Both the position numbers and the translations under genes were made by a program. Under the pieces are notes generated by a model. It had not been told where the DNA came from, did no database searches, and saw only the letters and a list, made by a program, of their open reading frames with translations. This document shows, piece by piece, positions 38,157-49,903 of a stretch of 64,000 nt of DNA. The stretch is from Candidatus Sulfomarinibacteraceae bacterium. GTDB taxonomy: Bacteria; Acidobacteriota; Thermoanaerobaculia; Thermoanaerobaculales; Sulfomarinibacteraceae. Numbering within the stretch: the stretch's first letter is position 1; every line of letters starts with the position of its first letter. The stretch spans positions 768,001-832,000 of the forward strand of contig CAWCLO010000004.1 of the NCBI GenBank assembly GCA_963796455.1. The letters are read 5' to 3'.

Positions 38157-38869
38157 AGCTCCTCCGAGAGGCTTTTCATGGTCGGTTCATTGGGGATTTT
38201 GCACTCGATGCCGATGGCGGCGGCCGCCTGTTGGGTGGTGGTTCCGAGAGCCCAGTGTTGGCAGGGGAGAGGCATACCGCCGACTCCATCAAGGTAGAGC
38301 GTAGCGGCGCGGGGCGAGGTGAGAACGACCGCCTCCAGGCTCGGGCCGAGGGGTGGCAGTTCGCGTGGCGGTGTGGGTTTCATCCGGTAGACCACCACCG
38401 GCAACACGTGGTGCCCAGCGGTGCCGAGAATAGTCGGAAGCTCGCGGCGACGTTCGCGTCCGCAGGCAAAAACGACCGGCGTCGGGGCCTCGAGTTCAGT
38501 GACCATCTTTCGTGCGAGACCTTCTCCGTTGCCCGGCCCGACGATTCGAAGCTTGAATCCAGCGTCCTCGGCGGCTTGTGCGGTGCTGGTTCCCACGGCT
38601 GCAGTCGGAAGATCGAGCAGGTGCTCCGCATCGTGGAACCGGCAGGCGGCCGCAAAACGTTTCGGCGCCCTCGGTGAGGCCATGACCAGCCAGGCGTCGT
38701 GGTTCTCGGCCGGCACACTGGCGAGGACGTCGCGCCATCCCTTGCTGTCGTCCAACTCTTCGAGGCGAAGAACGGGGTAGGGCCGAACGGTGATGCCACA
38801 GGGGCCCAGCAGCGCACGAAGCTCATCACAATCGGATGGATGGCGAGTGATGAGAACGAATCGGCTCAA
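38144..38869 (-). CDS. hemD: Uroporphyrinogen-III synthase
   Basis: VLITR, AVGTSTAQA, VVYR, LTSP; lies between hemC and hemB, TTG start overlaps the hemC stop. Confidence 0.85.
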   Translation of the reverse strand: MSRFVLITRHPSDCDELRALLGPCGITVRPYPVLRLEELDDSKGWRDVLASVPAENHDAWLVMASPRAPKRFAAACRFHDAEHLLDLPTAAVGTSTAQAAEDAGFKLRIVGPGNGEGLARKMVTELEAPTPVVFACGRERRRELPTILGTAGHHVLPVVVYRMKPTPPRELPPLGPSLEAVVLTSPRAATLYLDGVGGMPLPCQHWALGTTTQQAAAAIGIECKIPNEPTMKSLSEELCKS

Positions 38870-39807
38870 TTGTCGACCACCGTGGGCATGGCCACGCGGA
38901 GCGCTTCGAAGCACACGCGGGCGGCGGTCTCCGGGTCGCGGGCGACTCCCGCCACACGGGCGACCCTGCCGCGGGTGGCTTCGTCGTCGATGTCTCCGAG
39001 GATCGCCTGCAGCCGCAGACCGTTCTCGTCCTCCGTCGCCAGACAACCGAGCGGCAGGTGACAGCCTCCTCCGAGGAGTTCGAGCAGCTGCCGTTCAGCG
39101 CCGACGCAGCGTGCAACATGGTGATCGTTGAGGCCGGTGAGAATCTCGACGGTCGGATCCTCGGCCCGGGTCTCGATGGCCAGAGCCCCCTGGCCGGGGG
39201 CCGGCAGCATGATCTCCGGCGCCATCTCCAGGAGATCGAGATCGCCAAGGTCGAGTTGCAGTCGTTCGACTCCGGCGGCGGCCAGGAGGATCGCATCATA
39301 GTCGCCGTCTTGCAGTTTGCGAACACGGGTCGGGACGTTGCCCCGAAGAGCACGGATCACGACCTCGGGATTGTGCCCGAGGGTCTGCGCCGCGCGACGC
39401 AGGGAGGAGGTCCCGACGATCGCTCCGGTCGGCAGACCCAGCGGGTTCGAGGGGGTCGAGTCGAGCAACCCAGACCTGGCCAGGAGCAGATCTCGCGGAT
39501 TGGCCCGTGAGAGCACGGCCGCAACCGCGAGCCCGTCGGGTTCTTCGGTCGGAAGATCCTTCAGAGAGTGCACCACGAGATCAATGCGTTTCTCGAACAA
39601 TGCCTCCTGCAGTTCTTTGGTGAAAAACCCCTTGCCTTCCATTTTTCGAAAGGCCACGTCGGTGACCCGGTCGCCCAACGTCTTGATGATCTCGATCGAA
39701 CAATCGCAGCCGAAGCGTTCTTCGATGAGAGCAGCCACATGGTGAGCCTGCCACAGCGCGAGATCCGATCCCCGGGTCCCGAGGCGAAAAGTCCCGGGAT
39801 CACTCAT
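38866..39807 (-). CDS. hemC: Hydroxymethylbilane synthase
   Basis: GTRGSDLALWQA, VHSLKDLP, GTSSLRR, RGNVPTR, GGCHLP. Confidence 0.96.
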   Translation of the reverse strand: MSDPGTFRLGTRGSDLALWQAHHVAALIEERFGCDCSIEIIKTLGDRVTDVAFRKMEGKGFFTKELQEALFEKRIDLVVHSLKDLPTEEPDGLAVAAVLSRANPRDLLLARSGLLDSTPSNPLGLPTGAIVGTSSLRRAAQTLGHNPEVVIRALRGNVPTRVRKLQDGDYDAILLAAAGVERLQLDLGDLDLLEMAPEIMLPAPGQGALAIETRAEDPTVEILTGLNDHHVARCVGAERQLLELLGGGCHLPLGCLATEDENGLRLQAILGDIDDEATRGRVARVAGVARDPETAARVCFEALRVAMPTVVDN

Positions 39808-41114
39808 GTCGTGGATCCCCCGTCGCCGCCGTTTTTCCCATCGAGACCCTTGAGGAACCCGTCGATTACGGCGCTCGAGTGGTTCCAGGCTGCACTTTTG
39901 AGGCCTTTCAACGGGATCTGGACGAGGCGTTTTGCCAGGCCCGCTGTCATCCGCTCCACGGCCTCACGATCGGCTACCGCGAGGTGCGCCAGGTCCTTGC
40001 CGAAACTGTGCCGGATGGCCCGCTCCGCCACCTCCTGAAAACTCTCATTGAGGCTGCGGGCGGCGGGAGACAAGGCCCGATCGAAGAGATGCCGGCGAAG
40101 GGTTTCCAATTGGTGCTCGACCAGTACCTCGCAGCGGTCCATTTCTTCAAGCCGTCGCTGGCGGTTGGTCTCCGCCTCCTCGCGCATCTCCTCGATGCCG
40201 TACAGCGAGACCCTGGCCAGGGCCCCGGCCTCAGGCGCGACGTTTTGCGGCATTGCGAGGTCGATGACCAGAAGCTCTTCATCGCCTGCGAGTTTTTCCC
40301 GTACTGATTTGATTTGGTTGCGGTCCAGGAGCGCTTCGTGCGAAGAAGTGACCGCGACGATGGTGCCGACCAATGGGGTCTTGTCGATCGCATCCTGAAG
40401 CGTCATCGTCGAAGCATTGCCGTCGCCGTCGATCATCTCTTTGGCCCGGGCGGGTGTTCGATTGGCGACGATGACCGGTCTTTCGGGATCGGCGCTGCGG
40501 ATCAGTTTGAGGGTCTGGCGCGCCATGTCGCCGGCACCGAGGATCATGACCGGAAATTGATTGTTCGCCAGGTGTTCCCGCAGGGTCCGTTCCACCAGAG
40601 TGACCAGCGATACCGGACGGCGGGTGAGCTCGGTTTCCGAACGGATTCTCTTGGCGAGGTGGAAGGACTCGTGGAAGGTCTGGTCCAGGATCCCACCCAG
40701 CAGCCCGGATTGGTGGGCCGCTTCATGGGCCTCCTTGGCCTGGCCGGTGATCTGTGCCTCTCCCACCATCATCGAATCTAAGGCCGAGGTGACGCGAAAG
40801 AGGTGTCGGACGGCTGCCGGTCCGAAATGCACGTAAAGGCCTTCATCGGCGGGCAGTTGACAGGCACCTCCGGTAAGATCGGCGAGGCTGCGGCGAAGAT
40901 GGAAGAGCAGGGGATTGGTGTGGATCCGGGTTTCGCCGCGGAAGTAGAATTCGACCCGGTTGCACGTTCCGAGGTAGACAAGTTCCGAAAAACCCGCCAA
41001 CCGGGCGAGATCGACCAGATTTTCGTGCGGAAAATCGGCCGGCAACGAGGCCTCGGCGAGCTGATCTACGTGGACTGTCCGATAGGACGTCCCGACGACA
41101 CCGATTCGATCCAA
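39804..41114 (-). CDS. hemA: Glutamyl-tRNA reductase
   Basis: GTCNRVEFY, LDSMMVGEAQITGQ, GAGDMA, ANRT, IDLAMP. Confidence 0.93.
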   Translation of the reverse strand: MDRIGVVGTSYRTVHVDQLAEASLPADFPHENLVDLARLAGFSELVYLGTCNRVEFYFRGETRIHTNPLLFHLRRSLADLTGGACQLPADEGLYVHFGPAAVRHLFRVTSALDSMMVGEAQITGQAKEAHEAAHQSGLLGGILDQTFHESFHLAKRIRSETELTRRPVSLVTLVERTLREHLANNQFPVMILGAGDMARQTLKLIRSADPERPVIVANRTPARAKEMIDGDGNASTMTLQDAIDKTPLVGTIVAVTSSHEALLDRNQIKSVREKLAGDEELLVIDLAMPQNVAPEAGALARVSLYGIEEMREEAETNRQRRLEEMDRCEVLVEHQLETLRRHLFDRALSPAARSLNESFQEVAERAIRHSFGKDLAHLAVADREAVERMTAGLAKRLVQIPLKGLKSAAWNHSSAVIDGFLKGLDGKNGGDGGSTT

Positions 41115-41293
41115 GCTACCTCCCGCAAGAGATTCTACGCGACATTCTATCGGTGATGGGTCATCGTGGCGTAAAACCAGCGAAATTGGCGCGATCAGTG
41201 GGGAAATCTGCGTTGTTTTATGGCGGAGACCGATTCCACAACGGATCTCATCTGATCACCATGGAGTCTTCGGAAGAGCCTCGGAGCAGGAGC

Positions 41294-41345
41294 TTGAGAA
41301 AATTTTCACAGAATCGTTGAGAAATTGTCCGGTGAGGAGTAATCT
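41294..41345 (+). promoter_or_regulatory. sdhC promoter with upstream Rex-like palindrome
   Basis: TTGAGAA-aatt-TTCACAG (41294-41311); TTGAGA(41317)-17-TAATCT(41340). Confidence 0.45.
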
Positions 41346-41421
41346 CGAAGCCACCATGACGCTTGCGGTCCACGGACTCGATCATCCGTCATGAATTCTC
41401 TGAGGGGGTTGCGTTCGGCCT

Positions 41422-42078
41422 ATGAGTCAAGCGGTTGGATTTTTGAGTTCGACGCTGGGCAAGAAGATCTTGATGGCGGTCACCGGCATCATTCTCTTTG
41501 GTTTTGTGGTCGGCCACATGCTCGGCAATTTACAAATTTATCTCGGTGAAGAACGGCTCAACCACTACGCTGAGTTGTTGCAGGCGAACCAGCCCTTTCT
41601 GTGGACATTTCGCCTGGTCATGCTGTTCTGTGTCGGCGTGCACATCCTCGCCGCCGTCCAGGTGTGGCTGAGAAACCGCGCCGCTCGGCCGGTGAAATAC
41701 AGGGTCTTCAATCCACCGGCTGTGGATTACGCTGCCCGCACAATGGTGTGGAGCGGCCCGATTCTGGCGGCTTTCATCCTGTTCCATCTCTTCGATTTGA
41801 CGGTGGGGACGGCCAACCCGGATTTCATTCGCGGTTCGGTCTATCACAACGTGATCGCCAGCTTCAGCCAACCGATCGTCGCGATCTTCTACATGGTCGC
41901 CAATCTGCTGCTGGCCTTCCACCTCTATCACGGGCTGTGGAGTCTCTTCCAGACCTTTGGTTGGGACCACAAGCGCTTTGGCGCTTGGCGCCGGGTGCCG
42001 GCAGTCTTTTTCTCGGTGCTGATCGGCGCCGGTAACATCTCGATCCCGTTGGCAGTGCTGACGGGAATCGTGAAGTAG
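41422..42078 (+). CDS. sdhC: Succinate dehydrogenase cytochrome b558 subunit
   Basis: [27 protein letters not shown]; five TM segments. Confidence 0.93.
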   Translation: MSQAVGFLSSTLGKKILMAVTGIILFGFVVGHMLGNLQIYLGEERLNHYAELLQANQPFLWTFRLVMLFCVGVHILAAVQVWLRNRAARPVKYRVFNPPAVDYAARTMVWSGPILAAFILFHLFDLTVGTANPDFIRGSVYHNVIASFSQPIVAIFYMVANLLLAFHLYHGLWSLFQTFGWDHKRFGAWRRVPAVFFSVLIGAGNISIPLAVLTGIVK

Positions 42079-42089
42079 GAGGTGACGGA

Positions 42090-43999
<1,910 letters not shown>

Positions 44000-44003
<4 letters not shown>

Positions 44004-44770
44004 AGTTAACCCTGCACGTATGGCGCCAGCGGAACAGCCAGGACAAGGGCGGCTTTGAAACCTACGAGCTCGAGGACGTCAGCACGCACATGTCCTTTCT
44101 CGAAATGTTGGATGTCCTCAATCAGGATCTGATCAACAAGGGCGACCGGCCGATCGCTTTTGATCACGATTGCCGCGAGGGTGTGTGTGGAACCTGTGGC
44201 TTCGTCATCAACGGCGTTGCCCACGGCCACCAGAAGGGCAGCACGATCTGCCAGCTCCACATGCGTCATTTCAACGATGGCGACGAGATCACGATCGAGC
44301 CGTGGCGTGCCAAGGCCTTTCCGATTCTCAATGATCTGGTTGTTGACCGGTCGGCCTTCGACCGCATCATTCAGGCGGGAGGATTCATCACCATTCGCAC
44401 CGGGAGCGCACCCGATGCGAACGCGATCCCGATTCCGACCGAGACCCTCGAACACGCGATCGACTACGCCGAGTGCATCGGCTGCGGTGCGTGTGTGGCT
44501 TCATGCCCGAACGGCGCGGCCATGCTCTTTGTCGGGGCCAAGATCTCCCACCTCAGCCTGCTCCCGCAGGGCCAGCCTGAAAGGGCGAAGCGGGCCCTGA
44601 AAATGGTCGAGGCCATGGAGCGCGAGGCATTCGGCGCGTGCACCAACTATCGATCCTGCGAGGCAGTCTGCCCGAAGGAGATCTCGATCTCGGCGATTGC
44701 GAAAATGAATGCAGACTTCCGCCGCGCAGCGCTGCACGGCGACAAAGCGCCGGTCGGGAAAAAACACTAG
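44000..44770 (+). CDS. sdhB: Succinate dehydrogenase/fumarate reductase Fe-S subunit
   Basis: [37 protein letters not shown] overlap with sdhA. Confidence 0.95.
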
Positions 44771-44789
44771 AACTGCCGGCGATCAATTC

Positions 44790-44822
44790 AAAAGGGGCGT
44801 GCTTCGGCACGCCCCCTTTTTT
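44790..44822 (+). terminator. Intrinsic (bidirectional) terminator
   Basis: AAAAGGGGCGTGC-ttcg-GCACGCCCCC-TTTTTT. Confidence 0.85.
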
Positions 44823-44838
44823 GATGCTGCAAACGGTG

Positions 44839-45010
44839 AAACCGCAGATCACGCAGATGGACGCAGATTGCGGATAGAGCTGGTCACAACGGGCACGGCG
44901 TCACGCCTTGTTGCCCTGGTTGGTTTCGCGATCAGGTTTGCGGAAGGCTGTAAATAACTGAAGGCGCTTGCGATACCGATATCAGCGCGCATCTGCGTGA
45001 TCTGCGGTTT
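44839..45010. repeat. 172-bp MITE-like element bounded by CGCAGAT-periodic inverted arms
   Basis: AAACCGCAGATCACGCAGAT (44839) is the exact reverse complement of ATCTGCGTGATCTGCGGTTT (44991-45010); same arm family as in copies A-C. Confidence 0.8.
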
Positions 45011-45027
45011 GTGATGGGAGCGGGTCC

Positions 45028-45192
45028 TCACCCGAGCAGGGAAGTGATGATGATCCCGGCGAACATCACCAGGATGGCCGCGCCGAGGATGGCCATCGCG
45101 ATCTCGCCTGCGCTGTACTTGTTATTGAGTTTCGGCTCGGCGGGCTTGTTCGCCTGCGCCGTCTTCTTCTTTTTGCGTGGTTTCTTCGACAT
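45028..45192 (-). CDS. 54-aa small membrane protein (basic N-terminus, C-terminal TM helix)
   Basis: MSKKPRKKKKTAQANKPAEPKLNNKYSAGEIAMAILGAAILVMFAGIIITSLLG; below the ORF-track cutoff; genome-like codon usage. Confidence 0.7.
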   Translation of the reverse strand: MSKKPRKKKKTAQANKPAEPKLNNKYSAGEIAMAILGAAILVMFAGIIITSLLG

Positions 45193-45287
45193 GACTCAGC
45201 CATTGTAACCCGCAATCGGGAATCAGCGACCCTTCCGAGACGTAGTTGAAATTGATGTTCAGGTATCGGTCAAATCGCGGGATTGAC

Positions 45288-45314
45288 AAATCCGAAATCC
45301 GAAATCCGAAATCC
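45288..45314. repeat. Heptamer array (AAATCCG)x4
   Basis: aaatccg aaatccg aaatccg aaatccg directly after TTGAC. Confidence 0.85.
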
Positions 45315-45382
45315 GCATTCTCCGATGGCGAGGAGCCGCCCCGGAGTTCCCTGAACTCCGGAGACAGCCTCTAAAAGGTAGG

Positions 45383-45529
45383 TATAATGGTGGGCATTAT
45401 AGGTTGGTCGTTACTGACAGGAGGCGGAAAATCCGCCCGTGCAAGGTGGGCATGCTGTCGTCCCTCAAAGCCTTCCGGGCTCTCTCGTCTGAAAACGAGC
45501 AGGGATAGAGAGTCGATAACAACATGGCA
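45383..45529 (+). ncRNA. Candidate structured ncRNA/leader of unassigned family
   Basis: TATAAT followed by stems GGCGGA/TCCGCC, CATGCTGTCGTC/GATAACAACATG, GGCTCTCT/AGAGAGTC, CTCGT/ACGAG in a non-coding gap. Confidence 0.35.
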
Positions 45530-45645
45530 ATTTACTTATGAGCAATATTTGTGCCCGAATCTGAATATGAACGATGGATCGTGTCGCGCCGTCGTGACAC
45601 AGTCGGGTGCCACGATGTACCGAATTGGTAACAGGGAGGCGTGAA

Positions 45646-46166
45646 ATGAACGATGGTCTTGAGCAGGCGCGAGAGCGTCGCAATATTCTCGAACGTTTGG
45701 GTGCGAAGATACCTGGATTCAGTGGTTACCTCGAACGTGAGTTGCGTCGCGAGGTCGACAAACTGCAGCGGGACTGGCTGGCTCATCAGGTCGATCGGGC
45801 TCGATTTGCAATGAACGGAAAAATCCGCGACTGGTCTCGCAAGGGTCGGCTCGATGTTCTCACCGACGCCGGCAGCATCGAAAAGTCCCTCGACAGGATG
45901 GCCAATCGTATCCGTCATGCCGATTACGGTTCCTCGGGATTTTTTGATGCCGTCAAGATCGGTCAGGCGGAGCTCGACCGGATCTATGAGTTCGATCTCG
46001 CGTTGACCGACTCGGTCGAATACCTCGCTCTGCAGGTCGAACAGCTCCCGGAGACCGCGGATGAACAGATGCTGGCACGCCTTCTCGAGGCGGTGGAGTC
46101 GGCGGACAAGAAATTTGACGAACGGGCGACTGTATTTGAAGACGTCACCCGAACAGGGGGTGTGTG

Positions 46167-46167
<1 letters not shown>
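45646..46167 (+). CDS. Conserved hypothetical helical protein, first gene of the SPFH operon
   Basis: [41 protein letters not shown]; overlaps the next start. Confidence 0.8.
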
Positions 46168-47267
<1,100 letters not shown>

Positions 47268-47273
47268 GGAATC

Positions 47274-48026
47274 GTGGCCGTCTCGTGCACCCAGTGCGGG
47301 GCCTCCATCGAGCCGCGCTCGGATGAACGGCTGCTTGAATGCCCCTATTGCGACACCGCGCTGGTGATTGATGGGAGCCTGACTCTCTTTCACGAGAGGA
47401 TGGTTCCCACTGTGCCCTACGACAAGGTGGCGGCCAACCTGCGTCGCTTTCTCGGCGGCCGGTCGACGGTCGCCGATCTCGACAGCAAGGCACGGCTTGC
47501 CGATCCGCAGTTGGAGTACTTTCCGTTCTGGGCCTTCACTGTCCGGGTGAAAGGAGGTGACGAGAGGGTGATTCTGCAGCCCGCTGCACCTTCATCCCTC
47601 CAGGGCTTGCAGGGGATCGAGCTTCCTGCCGGGAGCACCCGCCCAATGCGCAGTGACGCGATTGGTGAATCGACGGTGGTCGAGCCGGAGGTGCCTTTGG
47701 AGACCGCCAGGGAATGGCTGGTGGCCCGGCATGGCGACGTCGAGATCACGCGAACAGTGCTCTACCACCTGCCGATGTACCGGACGCCCTATTCATTTCA
47801 GGGAAAAGACTATCTGGCGGCTGTAGACGGCGTTTCCGGCAGGGTCTTCCCGGCCGATTTTCCTGCCAAGGCCGAGGCCCCGTTTGTCGGAGTTGCAGCT
47901 CTCGCGGTGATTGTTTTTGGCCTGGAGGGGCTGATCATTCAGAACCTCATCCTCAAGATGGCGGTCTACCTCATGTCGGCGGTGCCGATCCTCGGAATTG
48001 CCTGGTTGACGTCGAGGAAAGTCTGA
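47274..48026 (+). CDS. Zinc-ribbon protein with two C-terminal TM helices
   Basis: CTQCGA..CPYCD, YFPFWAF, VDGVSG. Confidence 0.78.
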   Translation: MAVSCTQCGASIEPRSDERLLECPYCDTALVIDGSLTLFHERMVPTVPYDKVAANLRRFLGGRSTVADLDSKARLADPQLEYFPFWAFTVRVKGGDERVILQPAAPSSLQGLQGIELPAGSTRPMRSDAIGESTVVEPEVPLETAREWLVARHGDVEITRTVLYHLPMYRTPYSFQGKDYLAAVDGVSGRVFPADFPAKAEAPFVGVAALAVIVFGLEGLIIQNLILKMAVYLMSAVPILGIAWLTSRKV

Positions 48027-48030
48027 TGAC

Positions 48031-48143
48031 GAGTTCTGAGTTCGGATTTCGGAATTCGGAGTTTCCCGCACGCAGCTGGTGTGAATACAACGGTTGGGTA
48101 GAGGGGGCGACATTCCGAACCCCGAACTCCGAACTCCGAATTC
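48031..48143. repeat. Inverted pair of heptamer arrays (intergenic hairpin)
   Basis: gagttctgagttcggatttcggaattcggagt ... attccgaaccccgaactccgaactccgaattc. Confidence 0.85.
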
Positions 48144-48177
48144 GCGGCCGTCGTCAACGCGGCCGGGGAACGCCACC

Positions 48178-49302
48178 ATGACGGATCGGCCGCTTCCGCC
48201 GCCACCGCCGCCGCCTCCTCCCGTGGAGGGGGCAAAGGTCAAGGTCAAGGCACCCGCAGCGCCGGAGAAAAAGAAGGGTAAGAAACGTCTTCTGACAGGT
48301 TTGAGATGTTTCTCCTGCGGTGGTTCGGTCGATGTCCAGGAGGGCGTCACAAACGTCGAATGCCGCTACTGCGGAACGCCTCAGGCGGTTGTCGGACGGC
48401 GCGGCGTCGTCAACGTGATGGTTCTCAACACGGTCGAGCGGGAAAAAGCCAGCCGTATTGTCCGAAATTGGTTCACCAAAGGAATCCGCAAGGATCCCGC
48501 GCTGCGCAAAGAGGCCCATTTTCAGGAGGCCTTTCTCGCGTGGTTCCCCTTTGTCCGGGCTCGTCTCGATGTGGTGGGTTGGGTGCTCGGTATCCGGGAG
48601 AAAAAACGCAAGCGCGGCAACAAATGGGAAACCGTCCGCGAACCGGTCGAACGGGCGATTGAACAGTCGGTGGATCTGACCATGCCGGCGGCGGAGATGG
48701 CCGAATTCGGGGTTCACCGGATCGATCTGGCCGGCGATGAAGTCCATCCCCTCGACGACGCCCTGTTGCGCAGCCGGGGAATGGTCTTTCGACCGAGCCG
48801 GTCGCTCGAAGAAACCGCCGCGCTCCTCAGCGACGGCGCCATCGACAACATCAAGCGGTCCAATCGCCTCGATCATGTTTCATTTTCGTGGCTGGCTGGA
48901 GTCCGACGCAGGGTGGCGCTGGTCTATTACCCTTTGTGGGTCGTTCGCTATGGCTTTCGCGGCCGGACCTATCAGGTATTGGTCGATGCCGAGGACGGGA
49001 GCCTTGCTTACGCCAAGGCGCCGGGGAACCATTTCTACCGTGCCTTCAGCCTGGTTGGAACTGCTGCCGGTGCCTGTTTCATTGGCACCACCATCCTCCA
49101 ACACGCCGGTTCCTTCCTGCGCTCCGAAAATGGTCTCATGGGCCTCGGGATCGTCGGTCTCGCGTTGGCTGGTCTGGTGTACTGGGGCTTCACCCAGTTC
49201 CGGCACGGTGGCGAGGTGGAGGAGGGGACCGGGCTGGCCAGTGATCGAGAACGAAAAACCCTCTCCGACACGGTCAAGGACGTGGTGGATCAATTCCAAT
49301 GA
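48178..49302 (+). CDS. Zinc-ribbon membrane protein (paralog of 47274-48026) with poly-Pro N-terminus
   Basis: CFSCGG..CRYCG, YYPLWVVRY, VDAEDG; two TM segments. Confidence 0.78.
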   Translation: MTDRPLPPPPPPPPPVEGAKVKVKAPAAPEKKKGKKRLLTGLRCFSCGGSVDVQEGVTNVECRYCGTPQAVVGRRGVVNVMVLNTVEREKASRIVRNWFTKGIRKDPALRKEAHFQEAFLAWFPFVRARLDVVGWVLGIREKKRKRGNKWETVREPVERAIEQSVDLTMPAAEMAEFGVHRIDLAGDEVHPLDDALLRSRGMVFRPSRSLEETAALLSDGAIDNIKRSNRLDHVSFSWLAGVRRRVALVYYPLWVVRYGFRGRTYQVLVDAEDGSLAYAKAPGNHFYRAFSLVGTAAGACFIGTTILQHAGSFLRSENGLMGLGIVGLALAGLVYWGFTQFRHGGEVEEGTGLASDRERKTLSDTVKDVVDQFQ

Positions 49303-49886
49303 CGCTTCATCTGGTTTCCCTCGATTGTCCCTCCTGCGGTTCGGCCCTTCATGGGGAGGGTCTGGATACGATCTTCTTCTGCGATCACTGCGGCGACGCG
49401 GCCACCCTCTCGGAGGATGGTTTGCAGATGGTGGAGAGCTCGGCACTGGTGCCGGCGCCGGGACGATCGGCTCGATGGTGGAAACCGGCGTGGATGCTCG
49501 AGACCGATGTCACGGTCGATGAACGGGTGCGGTCGGGTGGCCGAAGAAGCGAGGGTTGGAGTGGTCGGCGGATGTTCGTTGTGCCCGCCTTTCCGATGCC
49601 TCTGGAGGATCTGACCCGGCTTTCCCGTGCGCTCTCCGAGGCCGCCGGCGACACCGCGGAGGTTCCGCGCGAGCCGATCCACGGCGGCTCACTTGCGGTG
49701 GAGGACGCGGTCACTCTCGTGCGTCACATACTGATCGGAGACGAGGTTCGCCGTTCCGACATGCTGGCGTCGGTGCGAGTCGATGTCGATGTGGTGGCCA
49801 GTCGCCTGGTGGCGACTCCCTTCGAACCCACCACCGGCGGCCTGCGCTGTTCGGTCACCGGGGTCACCGTCCGCGCCGAGGTGTGA
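49299..49886 (+). CDS. Zinc-ribbon hypothetical protein
   Basis: CPSCG..CDHCG; ATGA overlap with the upstream gene. Confidence 0.75.
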   Translation: MTLHLVSLDCPSCGSALHGEGLDTIFFCDHCGDAATLSEDGLQMVESSALVPAPGRSARWWKPAWMLETDVTVDERVRSGGRRSEGWSGRRMFVVPAFPMPLEDLTRLSRALSEAAGDTAEVPREPIHGGSLAVEDAVTLVRHILIGDEVRRSDMLASVRVDVDVVASRLVATPFEPTTGGLRCSVTGVTVRAEV

Positions 49887-49903
49887 CGCCTCACGGCGCC
49901 AGG

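Noticed and set aside
33243..41114. Absence of hemG/hemY/hemH from the hem operon
   Set aside because: These genes are commonly located elsewhere, and this cannot be judged from one window.
45383..45530. 6S RNA, ZTP, c-di-GMP or guanidine riboswitch
   Set aside because: Only short partial motif resemblances; the required conserved elements are missing.
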